Source: Candidatus Cloacimonadales bacterium (lineage in GTDB: Bacteria; Cloacimonadota; Cloacimonadia; Cloacimonadales; JAIOQZ01). From it: DNA of 64,000 nt. Each line of letters begins with the position of its first letter. The stretch's first letter is position 1. Positions 41,801 through 51,603 of the stretch are shown here, piece by piece. The notes under the pieces were generated by a model. It saw nothing but the letters and a program-made list of their open reading frames with translations. It searched no databases and was not told where the DNA came from. The stretch covers positions 1,568,001-1,632,000 of the forward strand of contig OY762463.1 of assembly GCA_963665815.1 (NCBI GenBank), in the 5' to 3' direction. The translations under genes were made by a program, and so were the position numbers.

Positions 41801-42039
41801 CTGCACTTATTACATTCATGTTTAACTATTTTCTGTTCATCAGCATCATAAACAACTCTGACTTTAGCAGAGAATTTCTGTTCGAAACTGGGCACAGCTC
41901 TGAAAGTAAAGACGGTATAACCCTTTTCGTCTCTATAAGTTGTATAAGTAATGTCGTTTTTCTGGAAATTGCGTACAGTACTATGGAAATACCATGTATT
42001 AGAGTGTTCATGATATTCTTTTCCGAATAATCTTGGCAT
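38860..42039 (-). CDS. SWIM-SNF2 family helicase
   Basis: SWIM-like CNKC..CSH; LADDMGLGKT, DEAQ, LTGTP, FSQF, GGVGINL, DPWWNP, QAIDRAHRIGQ. Start at 42039 has a GAAGGA RBS (track start 42078). Confidence 0.92.
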   Translation of the reverse strand: MPRLFGKEYHEHSNTWYFHSTVRNFQKNDITYTTYRDEKGYTVFTFRAVPSFEQKFSAKVRVVYDADEQKIVKHECNKCRKEDTCSHYLSIINYGYKFLDTEILEEKIIQTYQNKLLRYNEYWQRIIINSFIAVEGIYDTTDKIRIYFRNYKPVDIRLVSFIVSGRPIKEADQAMLPSVHKQVQAFSNEELELLVTLQNYKCSFSRVGHFFTIYKKDFCKVIPVLKSIQDKVYIKETGDRLEFSDEKAQISFIVEKTESDSYIVKLRQKEIVSAFFVDKTTYIFRKNKVFQIQLPFTREVTELVLNEEYEFNEEDLIYFATVVARQLAMIKCYIDFSEGIELPEFFDNTPRITFKLHREADKLYLKGNLDFSEDVSIPLSNLVFQTELIRYDQDGVQTWFYIPPQIKYEISNFLKLLPESENKSDRDAQLIFEGEEKIDHLKKILFEHADPSWNIILSDDLKKEFIYKVELSPQIKAKSSSQIDWFEYEVTYKFKDITFTHEELKKFFKKREKFLKLEDGRLLFFTNEKAFEDVETLLKKSVKDTSESYKLSLYNIPYIYQLNTINDNMHILGDGYLDNMYNNIITRKLSDSPEIMPIFKPVMRSYQKAGFYWLKMLQKYHFGGILADDMGLGKTLQAISVLAEIEKGKTAIVICPKTLLYNWAAEIEKFAPGMNYLIYEGGKEERIKLLEKKGIGVLIASYSIIVNDINDLKEREFEYIILDEAQHIKNSMTKRSKAIKSLKGNHKLALTGTPMENSPVELWSIFDFLLPGYLDGLRKFKQDYVTPLENKAEQEKHLSAIISPFILRRKKKDVLIELPDKQEQVVYCGMSEVQEKMYMQVLEKVKNQLFNTDGPEKNNYIHILAALTRLRQISNHPVLFTKDVKSNQNVSAKMDTLMEIVVEAILNRRKIIIFSQFVEMLKLIRSQLKKHRIVFEYMDGDTKNRKKRIDNFNENSQVKVFLISLKTGGVGINLTSADTVILTDPWWNPMGENQAIDRAHRIGQTKKVMVYKLITKKTVEEKILQLQKSKIEMFENIIDNGQNIIKHMDMEELRNLFEY

Positions 42040-42274
42040 ATAATTTCCTTCGTTCGAATTCAGTCTTTCATTATTCATAATACGGTCTTCATGTCAAACT
42101 AATAATTGAAATTTTCTTCTTTTCCAAAAAAAAGTAAAAATTCAAAAAAAACATTGCCAATAAACGCATTGTGATTATTTTTTGAAAAAAGTATATATAA
42201 TAATGTTCACTCAGATCTCTCATACATAATTTACAATTTAATACGATCTGAATCACAAGTCAAAAGGAGTCACA

Positions 42275-43534
42275 ATGAACATTCCAGACGATGTCTATAA
42301 AATGAATATGTCTGAACTTGGAGAACTGGCGGAAGAGCTGGAAATCCAAGGCTATAAATCTCTTAAGAAAAATGAACTGATCTACAAAGTTCTGGAAGCA
42401 CTTGCAACTCAAGAAGGACTTGCCTTTGCAACAGGCTGTCTTGAAATTATGGATGACGGATATGGTTTCCTCAGATTCATGCAGAATAACTATATCCCCG
42501 GAAGAGACGATGTTTACGTTTCCCTAACTCAGATTAGAAGATTCAATCTGAAAAAAGGTCATATGATTTCCGGTCCTGTCAGATCACCAAAAGAAGGTGA
42601 AAAATATTATGCCCTGCTCAGAGTAGATATGATCAACTTTGACAAACCGGATGCAATCCTGGATGCTCATGTTTATGATAAACTTACTCCTTACTATCCT
42701 GAAGAGAAATTCGATCTCGAAACAGATCCAAAGAATTATTCTACCAGAATAGTAAATATGTTTACTCCTATCGGAAAAGGTCAGCGTGGTGTAATCGTTG
42801 CTGCACCAAGAACCGGTAAAACTGTTCTTATGCAGAATATTGCAAACGCAATCCTCTCTAATCATCCTGATGTTTACCTTATTGTACTTCTGGTGGACGA
42901 GCGCCCTGAGGAAGTAACAGAAATGAAAAATACCCTGATCAAGAAAAACTCAGAAGTGGTAAGTTCTACATTTGATGAAACTGCAAGAAACCACATTCAG
43001 GTTGCCGAAATGGTTATGGCTAAATCGAAACGTATCGTTGAATCAGGGAGAGATGTTGTAATAATGCTCGATAGTATTACACGTCTTGCCAGAGCTTACA
43101 ATAATGTTCAGCCATCAAGCGGTAAAGTTCTTTCCGGTGGTATTGATGCCAATGCACTTCACAGACCGAAAAAATTCTTTGGTGCAGCCAGAAATACTCT
43201 TGAATCAGGATCACTCACAATACTGGCTACAGCGCTTGTAGATACAGGCTCAAGAATGGATCAAGTTATCTTTGAAGAATTCAAAGGTACCGGTAATATG
43301 GAAATCGTTCTCGACAGACAAATCTCTGATATGAGACTTTATCCTGCAATTGATCTTGTTCGTTCCGGAACCAGACGTGAAGAACTGCTTCTTTCTAAAG
43401 AAGAAATCAACAGAATGTATGTAATGAGAAAATACCTTAAAACCATGAGCCCTGTTCAAGGTATTGAAACTCTCAGAACTCAATTGAGAAAAACTAAAAA
43501 AAATAAAGAATTTCTTGAATCAATGAGTCGCTAA
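42275..43534 (+). CDS. rho: Transcription termination factor Rho
   Basis: DGYGFLR, PIGKGQR, PRTGKT, DERPEEVT, DSITRLARAYN, FEEFKGTGN. Confidence 0.97.
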   Translation: MNIPDDVYKMNMSELGELAEELEIQGYKSLKKNELIYKVLEALATQEGLAFATGCLEIMDDGYGFLRFMQNNYIPGRDDVYVSLTQIRRFNLKKGHMISGPVRSPKEGEKYYALLRVDMINFDKPDAILDAHVYDKLTPYYPEEKFDLETDPKNYSTRIVNMFTPIGKGQRGVIVAAPRTGKTVLMQNIANAILSNHPDVYLIVLLVDERPEEVTEMKNTLIKKNSEVVSSTFDETARNHIQVAEMVMAKSKRIVESGRDVVIMLDSITRLARAYNNVQPSSGKVLSGGIDANALHRPKKFFGAARNTLESGSLTILATALVDTGSRMDQVIFEEFKGTGNMEIVLDRQISDMRLYPAIDLVRSGTRREELLLSKEEINRMYVMRKYLKTMSPVQGIETLRTQLRKTKKNKEFLESMSR

Positions 43535-43558
43535 GGCTCATTGATTTCTTCTCTTACT

Positions 43559-44776
43559 ATGGAAGTACTTTCACCTGCCGGTTCATTCCTTAAGCTGAAA
43601 TATGCCGTATTATATGGTGCTGACGCAATATACGCAGCCGGAAGAAAATTCGGACTCAGAGCAAAATCTGCAAATCTGAATGATATTGAACTTGAGGAAG
43701 CTGTAAAATTCTGCCATTCACACAATGTTAAAATTTACATTACCGTAAACATTTACGCACATAATCACCAGATTGAAGAACTTCCCGAATATCTGCAATT
43801 CTTGAAATCAATCAATGTTGATGCTGTCATTGTGTCAGATCCGGGTGTATTCAGCCTTGCTCAGGAAGCAGGACTTAACATCCACATAAGTACCCAGGCA
43901 AATATCACTTCATGGAAATCTGCTGAATTCTGGTGGAAACTTGGTGCTTCGAGAGTAATACTGGCACGAGAACTCAGTCTTGAAGAAATCAAAGAGATTC
44001 ACAGAAGACTTCCGGAGCTGGAACTTGAGATATTTGTTCATGGAGCAATGTGTATGTCATACTCAGGTCGGTGCCTGATAAGTGCCTATCTTAATAACCG
44101 TTCTGCCAATCAAGGACAATGTACTCATCCCTGCAGATGGGATTTCAGCCTGAAAGAAACCAGTCGTCCAGGAGAAGAATTCCCAATTCAGGAAGATGAA
44201 TACGGTACGTACATAATGAATTCCAAAGATCTCTGTCTCTTTGATTATCTAAAAGAAATTAAACAGGCTGGTATATGCAGTGTGAAAATCGAAGGCAGAA
44301 TGAAAAGTATTCTCTATACTGCAAATGTTACTCGTGTATACAAAACAGCAGTAACCAATCTGGATACCTCTGACGAAGAATTAACCGGACTGTTGAGAGC
44401 TGAGCTTGATAAACTGTCTCATCGTCAATACTCAACTGGTTTCTTCATTAGCAACAGTGAAAACCTGCAAAATTATACGACTTCACAATACATTCAGACA
44501 TATCAGTTCATTGGCGATGTTTTCAAGACAGACGATTCATTCATCTACTATAATTCAAAGCATAAAATATTAAAAGACAGCACAATCCAGATAATATCTC
44601 CAGACATAAAAAATGACAATGATATTGTTGTTTCAGAAATGTTTAGTGAAGATGATGAAGCATTGGAATTCACAAAACCAAACACAATTGTTAAAATCCC
44701 TATTGCTCTTACAGGAATAAAAAAACCTGATAACTTCCTGTCAGGAATTATCAGGCAGAAAAAAATAAAGTCTTAG
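43559..44776 (+). CDS. U32 family protein (TrhP/YegQ-like tRNA hydroxylation protein)
   Basis: EVLSPAG, GADAIY, HISTQA, LARELS, HGAMCMSYSGRC, CTHPCR, KIEGRMK. Confidence 0.88.
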   Translation: MEVLSPAGSFLKLKYAVLYGADAIYAAGRKFGLRAKSANLNDIELEEAVKFCHSHNVKIYITVNIYAHNHQIEELPEYLQFLKSINVDAVIVSDPGVFSLAQEAGLNIHISTQANITSWKSAEFWWKLGASRVILARELSLEEIKEIHRRLPELELEIFVHGAMCMSYSGRCLISAYLNNRSANQGQCTHPCRWDFSLKETSRPGEEFPIQEDEYGTYIMNSKDLCLFDYLKEIKQAGICSVKIEGRMKSILYTANVTRVYKTAVTNLDTSDEELTGLLRAELDKLSHRQYSTGFFISNSENLQNYTTSQYIQTYQFIGDVFKTDDSFIYYNSKHKILKDSTIQIISPDIKNDNDIVVSEMFSEDDEALEFTKPNTIVKIPIALTGIKKPDNFLSGIIRQKKIKS

Positions 44777-44777
44777 T

Positions 44778-45632
44778 CTATTCTATATAAGCCAGAGTCG
44801 CCAGATAATTTTCCTGAATTTCTTTCACAAGTTCAGTTAAATCCTTAACTTCTATTCCCAATAAAGTCCAAATCCATCTTGGAATAGGTTCTACAAAAAT
44901 ATTCTCACTTGCTCCAAGCTCCATAGCTTTTGCAAAATTGTTTGCGATCATTATAATAGCACAAAACTGTTTATCACCCTGATTAGTATCAAGATAATGA
45001 TGATGTTTTATTGCATTACAGATATGAGAAGGGAACAACCATTCTTTGGTAAAAAAAGCTCCTACCTCTGTGTGTTTAAGTCCCAGTACTTTTCTTTCGG
45101 CAATCAGCAACCTTTTATTCGGATCGTTATCAACAATGTTTGTGATCGTACTTGCAAGATGAGGAAAATATTGATGAATCAGAAAAGAACCGAGATCATG
45201 AAGCAGACCGGCAATAAATGCGTCATGACATAAATCCTTATTCCATTTTCGACAGATAACTTGTGCTGCAACAGCTGTTCCCAGGCTATGCTTCCATAGC
45301 TGATCAATATAATCATCGTTCTTCTTTATAAAAGCACTCTTGAACACTGAGGCAGTAAAAACTTCTTTAAGAGACTTCAATCCAATAACGGAAACAGAGT
45401 GTTTAACAGTAGAAACTTTTTTAGTAAAACCAAAATAACTGGAATTTGCAAGCTTCAGCAAAGATGCAGTTAAGAGAGGATCCCTTTCGACAATTGCAAC
45501 TATATCATTAACATTCACATCTTCCTGTTCAATAGCTGCACTGAATTCAGTCATAGCAGAAGTGAAAGCAAGAACAATATCATCTTTGGCAGCAAGTTCT
45601 CTGAACTGCTTTAATATTTCTATTTTATCCAT
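44778..45632 (-). CDS. HDOD domain protein
   Basis: DPLLTASLLKLANS, LWKHS, GLLHDLG, HTEVG, AIKHHH. Confidence 0.88.
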   Translation of the reverse strand: MDKIEILKQFRELAAKDDIVLAFTSAMTEFSAAIEQEDVNVNDIVAIVERDPLLTASLLKLANSSYFGFTKKVSTVKHSVSVIGLKSLKEVFTASVFKSAFIKKNDDYIDQLWKHSLGTAVAAQVICRKWNKDLCHDAFIAGLLHDLGSFLIHQYFPHLASTITNIVDNDPNKRLLIAERKVLGLKHTEVGAFFTKEWLFPSHICNAIKHHHYLDTNQGDKQFCAIIMIANNFAKAMELGASENIFVEPIPRWIWTLLGIEVKDLTELVKEIQENYLATLAYIE

Positions 45633-45960
45633 TATTCCACCTGTTCCATACTTCATTCAGAATTACTGCTTCCAATAGTTGCTTCATGTATTTATCAGTC
45701 ATGCAATATTTGAATAAGTAATTTTTCAAGGGACGTATTTCAGTTTTCAGTTTTTCTTTTTCAATAACTGAAACTTCTTGTCTATCCTTGTCCCTTTCTT
45801 CTTCAATACAGACTGTCTGAATATTGTGCCTTTTAATGGAATTGATGTAAAATTCATCAAGTGTTAAACCTTTACGGAGAATAATCTGACCATTATCTTT
45901 CAATACATTTCGAGCTAGAACCATGCCCGGAATAATTTTTTTCATTGATAGATATTTCAT
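45625..45960 (-). CDS. Small protein resembling the N-terminal domain of HD-GYP proteins
   Basis: IIPGMVLARNV..NGQIILRKG..L..YI; stop overlaps the HDOD start by 8 nt. Confidence 0.65.
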   Translation of the reverse strand: MKYLSMKKIIPGMVLARNVLKDNGQIILRKGLTLDEFYINSIKRHNIQTVCIEEERDKDRQEVSVIEKEKLKTEIRPLKNYLFKYCMTDKYMKQLLEAVILNEVWNRWNNG

Positions 45961-46050
45961 ATACTGATTTTCCTTATTAATTCATTGTTTAAATTAATTT
46001 TAAATTAGACAAACTCCTACTATTTAACTTCAATAACATCTTACTTAATA

Positions 46051-46080
46051 TTGACAAATTCTATGATGATTCCTATTGTG
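46051..46080 (+). promoter_or_regulatory. Putative promoter of the TPR-SPOR/mutS unit
   Basis: TTGACA-N17-TATTGTG. Confidence 0.5.
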
Positions 46081-46117
46081 ACAAGAAAAATATATGTAAA
46101 TTTATGGTTTATAGATA

Positions 46118-47173
46118 ATGAGAAGATCAGTTCAATATATTCAAATAATCTTTGTTTCACTAATATTAGTGTATACGGTTTCAATTGCTGCCGTAAATGC
46201 AGATAGTTATAACAAAATGTTAAACTGCAATCAACTTGATGAATTGAAATCAGCTTTGAAAAGCAGCAATAGTACTGATCACTCCCTTTTTTATAATGAA
46301 AAACTGAACATTCAAGTTGCAGATACAGGTAATTTCTCTAAGATCAAGCAAAATTCCAGTGATACTGAACTTCAGGAGAAAGCACTTATTGAAATAGTGA
46401 ACCTGAAGTTCCTGCAAAGAGAATACTCACATATCATCAATCTTCTTAGTGAAACAAGCTGTACAAACATTGATCTTCTATACTGGAAGTCTCTTTCATG
46501 TTATAAAACAGGCAAGTATTCTATGGCGATATCCGAAGCTGAGAAAATTATTAAATGTGACAATGATAATGGATTAGCAGAACTTTCATATATACTGATA
46601 GCAAATTCTTATATAAAATTGGGGAAATACGAAAATGCCATGTCTAAACTGGAAGAGCTGAAAAACTCACAATACATCAGCCATATTCCTGTAGTGCACT
46701 TAAAAACTGCATACTGTTGCATTAAACTTGGCAAGTACAATCTTGCTGCCGGATACTTGAAAAAAATCATCAAAGATTATCCATTTTCTCAGTACAGTAT
46801 AGAAGCAGAAGAAATGTATACAGGGATTATAGGTAAATACGACACAGCCGTTGCAATAAAAGATCCGATTCTGAACAATACTTCTCATCAGGAAGTTAAA
46901 AAAATAAATACTGCGGTTGCAGAAGCGGTTGCAGAAACAGCTTCAGAGAATTGTGTGTATCTGCAAACCGGTGCTTTCAGCGCGAGAAAAAACGCTGAAC
47001 GTCAGCTGCAGTCTCTTAAGGATATGGGCTACCCTGGACTTCTTGCAACTAAAGAAAGAACTTCCGGTCCTTTATATCTGGTCAGAGTTGGGCCTTTCCC
47101 GGATAAATCTCATGCAGAAACAATTAAAAAGGAATTGGATTTAAAATCTATTAAATCCTTTTATGTAAATTAA
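46118..47173 (+). CDS. TPR + SPOR domain protein
   Basis: TPRs ending IIKDYPFS; SPOR YLQTGAFS..NA...YLVRVGPF. Confidence 0.85.
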   Translation: MRRSVQYIQIIFVSLILVYTVSIAAVNADSYNKMLNCNQLDELKSALKSSNSTDHSLFYNEKLNIQVADTGNFSKIKQNSSDTELQEKALIEIVNLKFLQREYSHIINLLSETSCTNIDLLYWKSLSCYKTGKYSMAISEAEKIIKCDNDNGLAELSYILIANSYIKLGKYENAMSKLEELKNSQYISHIPVVHLKTAYCCIKLGKYNLAAGYLKKIIKDYPFSQYSIEAEEMYTGIIGKYDTAVAIKDPILNNTSHQEVKKINTAVAEAVAETASENCVYLQTGAFSARKNAERQLQSLKDMGYPGLLATKERTSGPLYLVRVGPFPDKSHAETIKKELDLKSIKSFYVN

Positions 47174-47234
47174 TGATAATAAATAAGAGCAAAGCTGAAT
47201 AAAAGCCTTGAGCTTGAACTCAAATGGTAAAATA

Positions 47235-49859
47235 ATGACGAAAGATAGAACAAAACTTACTCCTATGCTTCAGCAATATATGGAGTTTAAAGATCAACAT
47301 CCCGATAAAGTACTCCTTTTTCGCATGGGAGACTTCTATGAAACATTTTTCGATGATGCAGTTACTGCTTCCAAAATTCTGGGAATAACCCTCACATCAA
47401 GAGACAGAAAAAAAGAAAACGCTATACCGCTGGCAGGCTTCCCTCATCATTCTCTGAAAAACTATCTGCATAAGCTTGTTAAAGCCGGACAAAAAGTTGT
47501 GATCTGTGAACAGGTTGAAGACCCTAAGCAGGCAAAAGGTATTGTAAAAAGAGATATTGTTGATATAGTAACTCCAGGTGCAATAATTGATGACCAGTTT
47601 CTGGAAAACTCAAATGATAACTTCCTGATTGCTCTATATAGGAACAACAAAGGACTTACCGGATTCGCCGGAGTAGATATTTCTACAGGTAAGTTCATGT
47701 TTACCGAGCTTAATCAAGGTCAGGTAAAAGACGAAATACTGCGTATAAAACCTGTAGAAATAATTATACTTGTTCATGAGTTTGCCGAAGAAATAAAATC
47801 ATTCAGTCCGGAAATAGGTGAAATCCCTGTCACTGTTATTGACAACTTGTACTTCGACATCAATGACAGTGAAAACAGACTCAAAGACTTCTTCGGGGTT
47901 GAAAATCTGGAAGCATTCAGACTTAATGAGCATAAAACAGGTGCTATTGCCTGTGCAATGTGTCTGGAGTATCTTAAATCGCTCAAAAAAAATGAGATAA
48001 AACATATAAACTCATTAAACTATTACTCGCTTGATGACTTTCTCATTGTTGATGAAATCTCAAGAAGAAATCTGGAGTTAGTGAAATCCATAAGAACTAA
48101 CTCAAGAGAAGGGACTCTGCTTTCAATCTTAGATAAAACCCGTACACCAATGGGGTCACGTCTTCTTGTAGAAAGAATTAAGTATCCTCATCTTGATATC
48201 AATGTAATACAGCACAGATTAAATGCCGTAGCCGAATGCAGAGAAAAAATACATATTACTGAAGACATAAGACTTATTCTGGATAAAATAGGAGATCTCA
48301 GTCGAATTATCAGTAAAATAGGTACTCTCAAGGCTAATCCAAGAGATTTGCTTGCGCTCAGTACTTACCTCTCAACCTCACCTGAACTGAAACTAATCCT
48401 TGAAGATTTTGAAAATCCATTATTCAGGTATCTTGCCGATAATCTGGAAAACTACTCAGAAATTACTAATCTGATTGAAACATCAATTCAGGAAAATCCA
48501 CCTCTGACAATTACAGACGGAAGCATTATATCTGATGGTTATAATGAAGAGCTTGATGAACTCAGAAGCATAAGCAGACAAGGAAAAGGATGGATTGCAG
48601 GACTACAGCAGAAGGAAAAAGAGAAAACCGGTATTCCTTCACTGAAAATTGGCTACAACAAAGTCTTCGGTTACTATCTTGAAGTTACTAAAACCCATAA
48701 AGATAAGATTCCCGAGCACTACATTCGAAAGCAGACATTAGTCAACTCCGAGAGATATGTATCTCCTGAACTGAAAGAATACGAATCAAAAGTTCTTGGA
48801 GCTGAAGAACGAATAAAAAACATTGAATATGAATTATTTACTGAACTCCGAAAGAAAATATATAATAAGCTGGAATGGATTCAGAAATATGTACAGATAA
48901 TTGCAGAAACGGACTTTATAACAAATCTGGGATACATAGCATATCACTATAATTATTGTCGCCCGGAATTCAGTTCTGATGGTATTCTGGAGTTGAAAGA
49001 CTGTCGTCACCCGGTTATTGAGACGTTACTGAAGGAAGAAGACTTTATTCCTAATGATGCTGAACTGGATAACACAAAATCTCTTATTGCTCTTATTACC
49101 GGACCTAATATGGCTGGTAAATCCACATATCTACGACAAGTTGGTTTAATAGCGATAATGGCACAGATGGGCTCATTTGTTCCTGCATCATCTGCAGTGT
49201 TGCCGATTTTTGACCAAGTATTCACACGTGTGGGTGCATCAGACAATCTGGCTCAAGGACAATCTACTTTCCTGGTTGAAATGTTAGAAACCGCCAATAT
49301 TCTGCATAATGCAACTCCAAAATCACTTGTTCTTCTCGACGAAGTAGGGCGTGGAACTTCAACTTTCGACGGACTCAGTCTTGCCTGGTCTATTGTAGAA
49401 CATATAGCTTCCAAGAATAAATCTAAGACATTGTTTGCCACTCATTATCACGAGCTGACCGAACTTGAGAATGTACTGTCATGTGTAAGAAACTATAATG
49501 TCTCCGTGAAAGAATGGAACGATAAAATGATCTTCATGCGGAAAATAGAGAAAGGTGGAGCTGATCAATCATACGGAATTCAGGTCGCACGTCTTGCAGG
49601 TGTACCTCTTAAAGTAATAAACAGAGCTAAACAGATTCTGCGTAATCTTGAGGAACATGAACTCAGTCCTCAGGGACTCACTGCTCAGCTCAAAAAGCAG
49701 CTTTCCGGAAAATCACCTCAAAGAGATATTTTTGAGGTTTTCATAGAAAAATCAGAAGAAAAAAATGAAGTTCTGGATGAACTTGCAGAGATAGATGTAA
49801 ACGCAATTACTCCAATGGAAGCATTGCAGAAACTGGTCGAGTTACAGAAAAAACTATAG
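47235..49859 (+). CDS. mutS: DNA mismatch repair protein MutS
   Basis: TPMLQQY, FRMGDFYE, TGPNMAGKSTYLRQ, STFLVEM, DEVGRGTST, FATHYHEL, SYGIQVA. Confidence 0.97.
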   Translation: MTKDRTKLTPMLQQYMEFKDQHPDKVLLFRMGDFYETFFDDAVTASKILGITLTSRDRKKENAIPLAGFPHHSLKNYLHKLVKAGQKVVICEQVEDPKQAKGIVKRDIVDIVTPGAIIDDQFLENSNDNFLIALYRNNKGLTGFAGVDISTGKFMFTELNQGQVKDEILRIKPVEIIILVHEFAEEIKSFSPEIGEIPVTVIDNLYFDINDSENRLKDFFGVENLEAFRLNEHKTGAIACAMCLEYLKSLKKNEIKHINSLNYYSLDDFLIVDEISRRNLELVKSIRTNSREGTLLSILDKTRTPMGSRLLVERIKYPHLDINVIQHRLNAVAECREKIHITEDIRLILDKIGDLSRIISKIGTLKANPRDLLALSTYLSTSPELKLILEDFENPLFRYLADNLENYSEITNLIETSIQENPPLTITDGSIISDGYNEELDELRSISRQGKGWIAGLQQKEKEKTGIPSLKIGYNKVFGYYLEVTKTHKDKIPEHYIRKQTLVNSERYVSPELKEYESKVLGAEERIKNIEYELFTELRKKIYNKLEWIQKYVQIIAETDFITNLGYIAYHYNYCRPEFSSDGILELKDCRHPVIETLLKEEDFIPNDAELDNTKSLIALITGPNMAGKSTYLRQVGLIAIMAQMGSFVPASSAVLPIFDQVFTRVGASDNLAQGQSTFLVEMLETANILHNATPKSLVLLDEVGRGTSTFDGLSLAWSIVEHIASKNKSKTLFATHYHELTELENVLSCVRNYNVSVKEWNDKMIFMRKIEKGGADQSYGIQVARLAGVPLKVINRAKQILRNLEEHELSPQGLTAQLKKQLSGKSPQRDIFEVFIEKSEEKNEVLDELAEIDVNAITPMEALQKLVELQKKL

Positions 49860-49867
49860 GATTTACA

Positions 49868-50743
49868 ATGGCGAAATATTTTATAACAGGAAAAGGCGGA
49901 TTAGTAGGTTCAGCATTCGCACATCATCCTGATTTCAGAGATAATACTGCTTATGGCAAAAAGAGCTGCGACATTACAGATTATAAACAAGTTCTTGAGC
50001 TTATAGAAAAAGATAAGCCCGAAATACTTATAAATTGTGCAGCCTATACCAGCGTTCCCATGGCTCAGATTGACCCGACTACTGCATTAAGAATAAACGC
50101 AGAAGGCAGTAAAATCCTGGCTGATATCTGTGCAAAGAAAAGAATCAAATTCATACATTTCAGTACTGACTTTATTTTTGGGGAAACAGATCATCTTCAT
50201 AAAGAACATGATACACCAGCCCCCATGAATAAATATGGAATGAGCAAACTGGAGGGAGAAACTCTTATCAGGCAAGTATGTCAGGATGCTCTGATAATAC
50301 GCATAAGTTGGGTTTTCGGTAAGAACGGACGCAACTTCATGTCAGCTATAGGAGACAAAATAATCTCAGAAAAAGAACTCTCTATTGTTAATGATCAGAC
50401 TAACAGAGCTACTTATGTGGAAGACCTTATTCATGCAGTAAGTATTCTATTGATGAAAAATGCATCAGGAGTTTACCATTTTGCCAACAAGGGTACAATT
50501 TCAAGATATGATTATGCTGTAAAAATTGCAGAACTGTTAAGTGTTTATTATGATGTTGCCAGAATAAAGCCCGTTTCATTTACTTCATTTAAAGATGATA
50601 CTCCAAGACCTACTCATTCTTCAATGGATACTGAAAAATTTGAGAACATCTCGCACTGGGAAATTCCGGAATGGGATAATGCATTATCAAGATTTGCCAG
50701 AGAAAAATATCTTCAAGAGTATATTAATTCCTTGTTAGATTAA
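49868..50743 (+). CDS. rfbD: dTDP-4-dehydrorhamnose reductase
   Basis: GKGGLVG, NCAAYT, STDFIF, YGMSK, RP..S. Confidence 0.88.
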   Translation: MAKYFITGKGGLVGSAFAHHPDFRDNTAYGKKSCDITDYKQVLELIEKDKPEILINCAAYTSVPMAQIDPTTALRINAEGSKILADICAKKRIKFIHFSTDFIFGETDHLHKEHDTPAPMNKYGMSKLEGETLIRQVCQDALIIRISWVFGKNGRNFMSAIGDKIISEKELSIVNDQTNRATYVEDLIHAVSILLMKNASGVYHFANKGTISRYDYAVKIAELLSVYYDVARIKPVSFTSFKDDTPRPTHSSMDTEKFENISHWEIPEWDNALSRFAREKYLQEYINSLLD

Positions 50744-51590
50744 CCCAATACTCTGCATAAGCAGTAAATTCGGATTCATATCCCGGAAATCTCTTGATAA
50801 AAGATGAAATTGTTCTAAGGACAAAACTGTATTTTTCTATGTCTTTCATTTTTTTATAACCCGGAATGAATTCATCAGGCAGTTTACTTTTGAAAAACCA
50901 GTCTGCAAGATAAGCAATTGCTTTGACAGCATGAGTTTTATCCTTGTTTGTCTGTTCATCGTGTTGACGATTTATGTAACCGTTTTCATCAACGGATTTG
51001 AATTTTATCCTGCTGCAATTCTGAATAATATAAACAGCATCACCATAGTTTTTAAGGTCATCTTTAAACAAACCTGTTTTAAGGAATAGATCTGTCTTTA
51101 TAACTGATGCCGGATGAGGAACTCCAGCAATAGCATACTGAAAAAATAACTTGATTATCTCAGATGGTCCGGCATTATCCAGATATCTCCATACACGACC
51201 GGTATCCTTAAGATTTGAATATGCAATTGTTAGTCTCAGAGGATAATAATAATCATACCCGGAGTTAGAAGCTACGTGCTTCATCATTCGAGAAACATAA
51301 TTCGAGAGAATGACATCATCTGAATCAACAAACATCAGAAAATCAGTATCAACACTTCTTACAGCTTCATTTTTTGCCGGCCAGCAACCTTGATGTGATA
51401 AGGATTTAACTATTATTCGAGGATCATCAAATCCATTGATAACCTGTAGGGAGTTGTCTGTAGAACCATCATCGACAATTAATAAAACGAAGTTTTCATA
51501 TGTTTGGAACAGAATTGATTTAACACAATCCTCAATGTATTTTTCTCGGTTGTAAACAGGGACTATTATTGTAAGTAAGGGTTTATTCAT
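50724..51590 (-). CDS. Glycosyltransferase family 2
   Basis: IIVPVYN, VDDGSTD, FVDSDD. Confidence 0.88.
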   Translation of the reverse strand: MNKPLLTIIVPVYNREKYIEDCVKSILFQTYENFVLLIVDDGSTDNSLQVINGFDDPRIIVKSLSHQGCWPAKNEAVRSVDTDFLMFVDSDDVILSNYVSRMMKHVASNSGYDYYYPLRLTIAYSNLKDTGRVWRYLDNAGPSEIIKLFFQYAIAGVPHPASVIKTDLFLKTGLFKDDLKNYGDAVYIIQNCSRIKFKSVDENGYINRQHDEQTNKDKTHAVKAIAYLADWFFKSKLPDEFIPGYKKMKDIEKYSFVLRTISSFIKRFPGYESEFTAYAEYWVNLTRN

Positions 51591-51603
51591 TTATGGTAAA
51601 ATC

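Noticed and set aside
38860-42039. SNF2 helicase as part of an anti-phage system
   Set aside because: Ordinary SWIM-SNF2 architecture flanked by yjbQ and rho, with no methylase or nuclease partners.
50724-50743. 20-nt convergent overlap between rfbD and the GT2 gene
   Set aside because: Short convergent overlaps are common; no sign of function.
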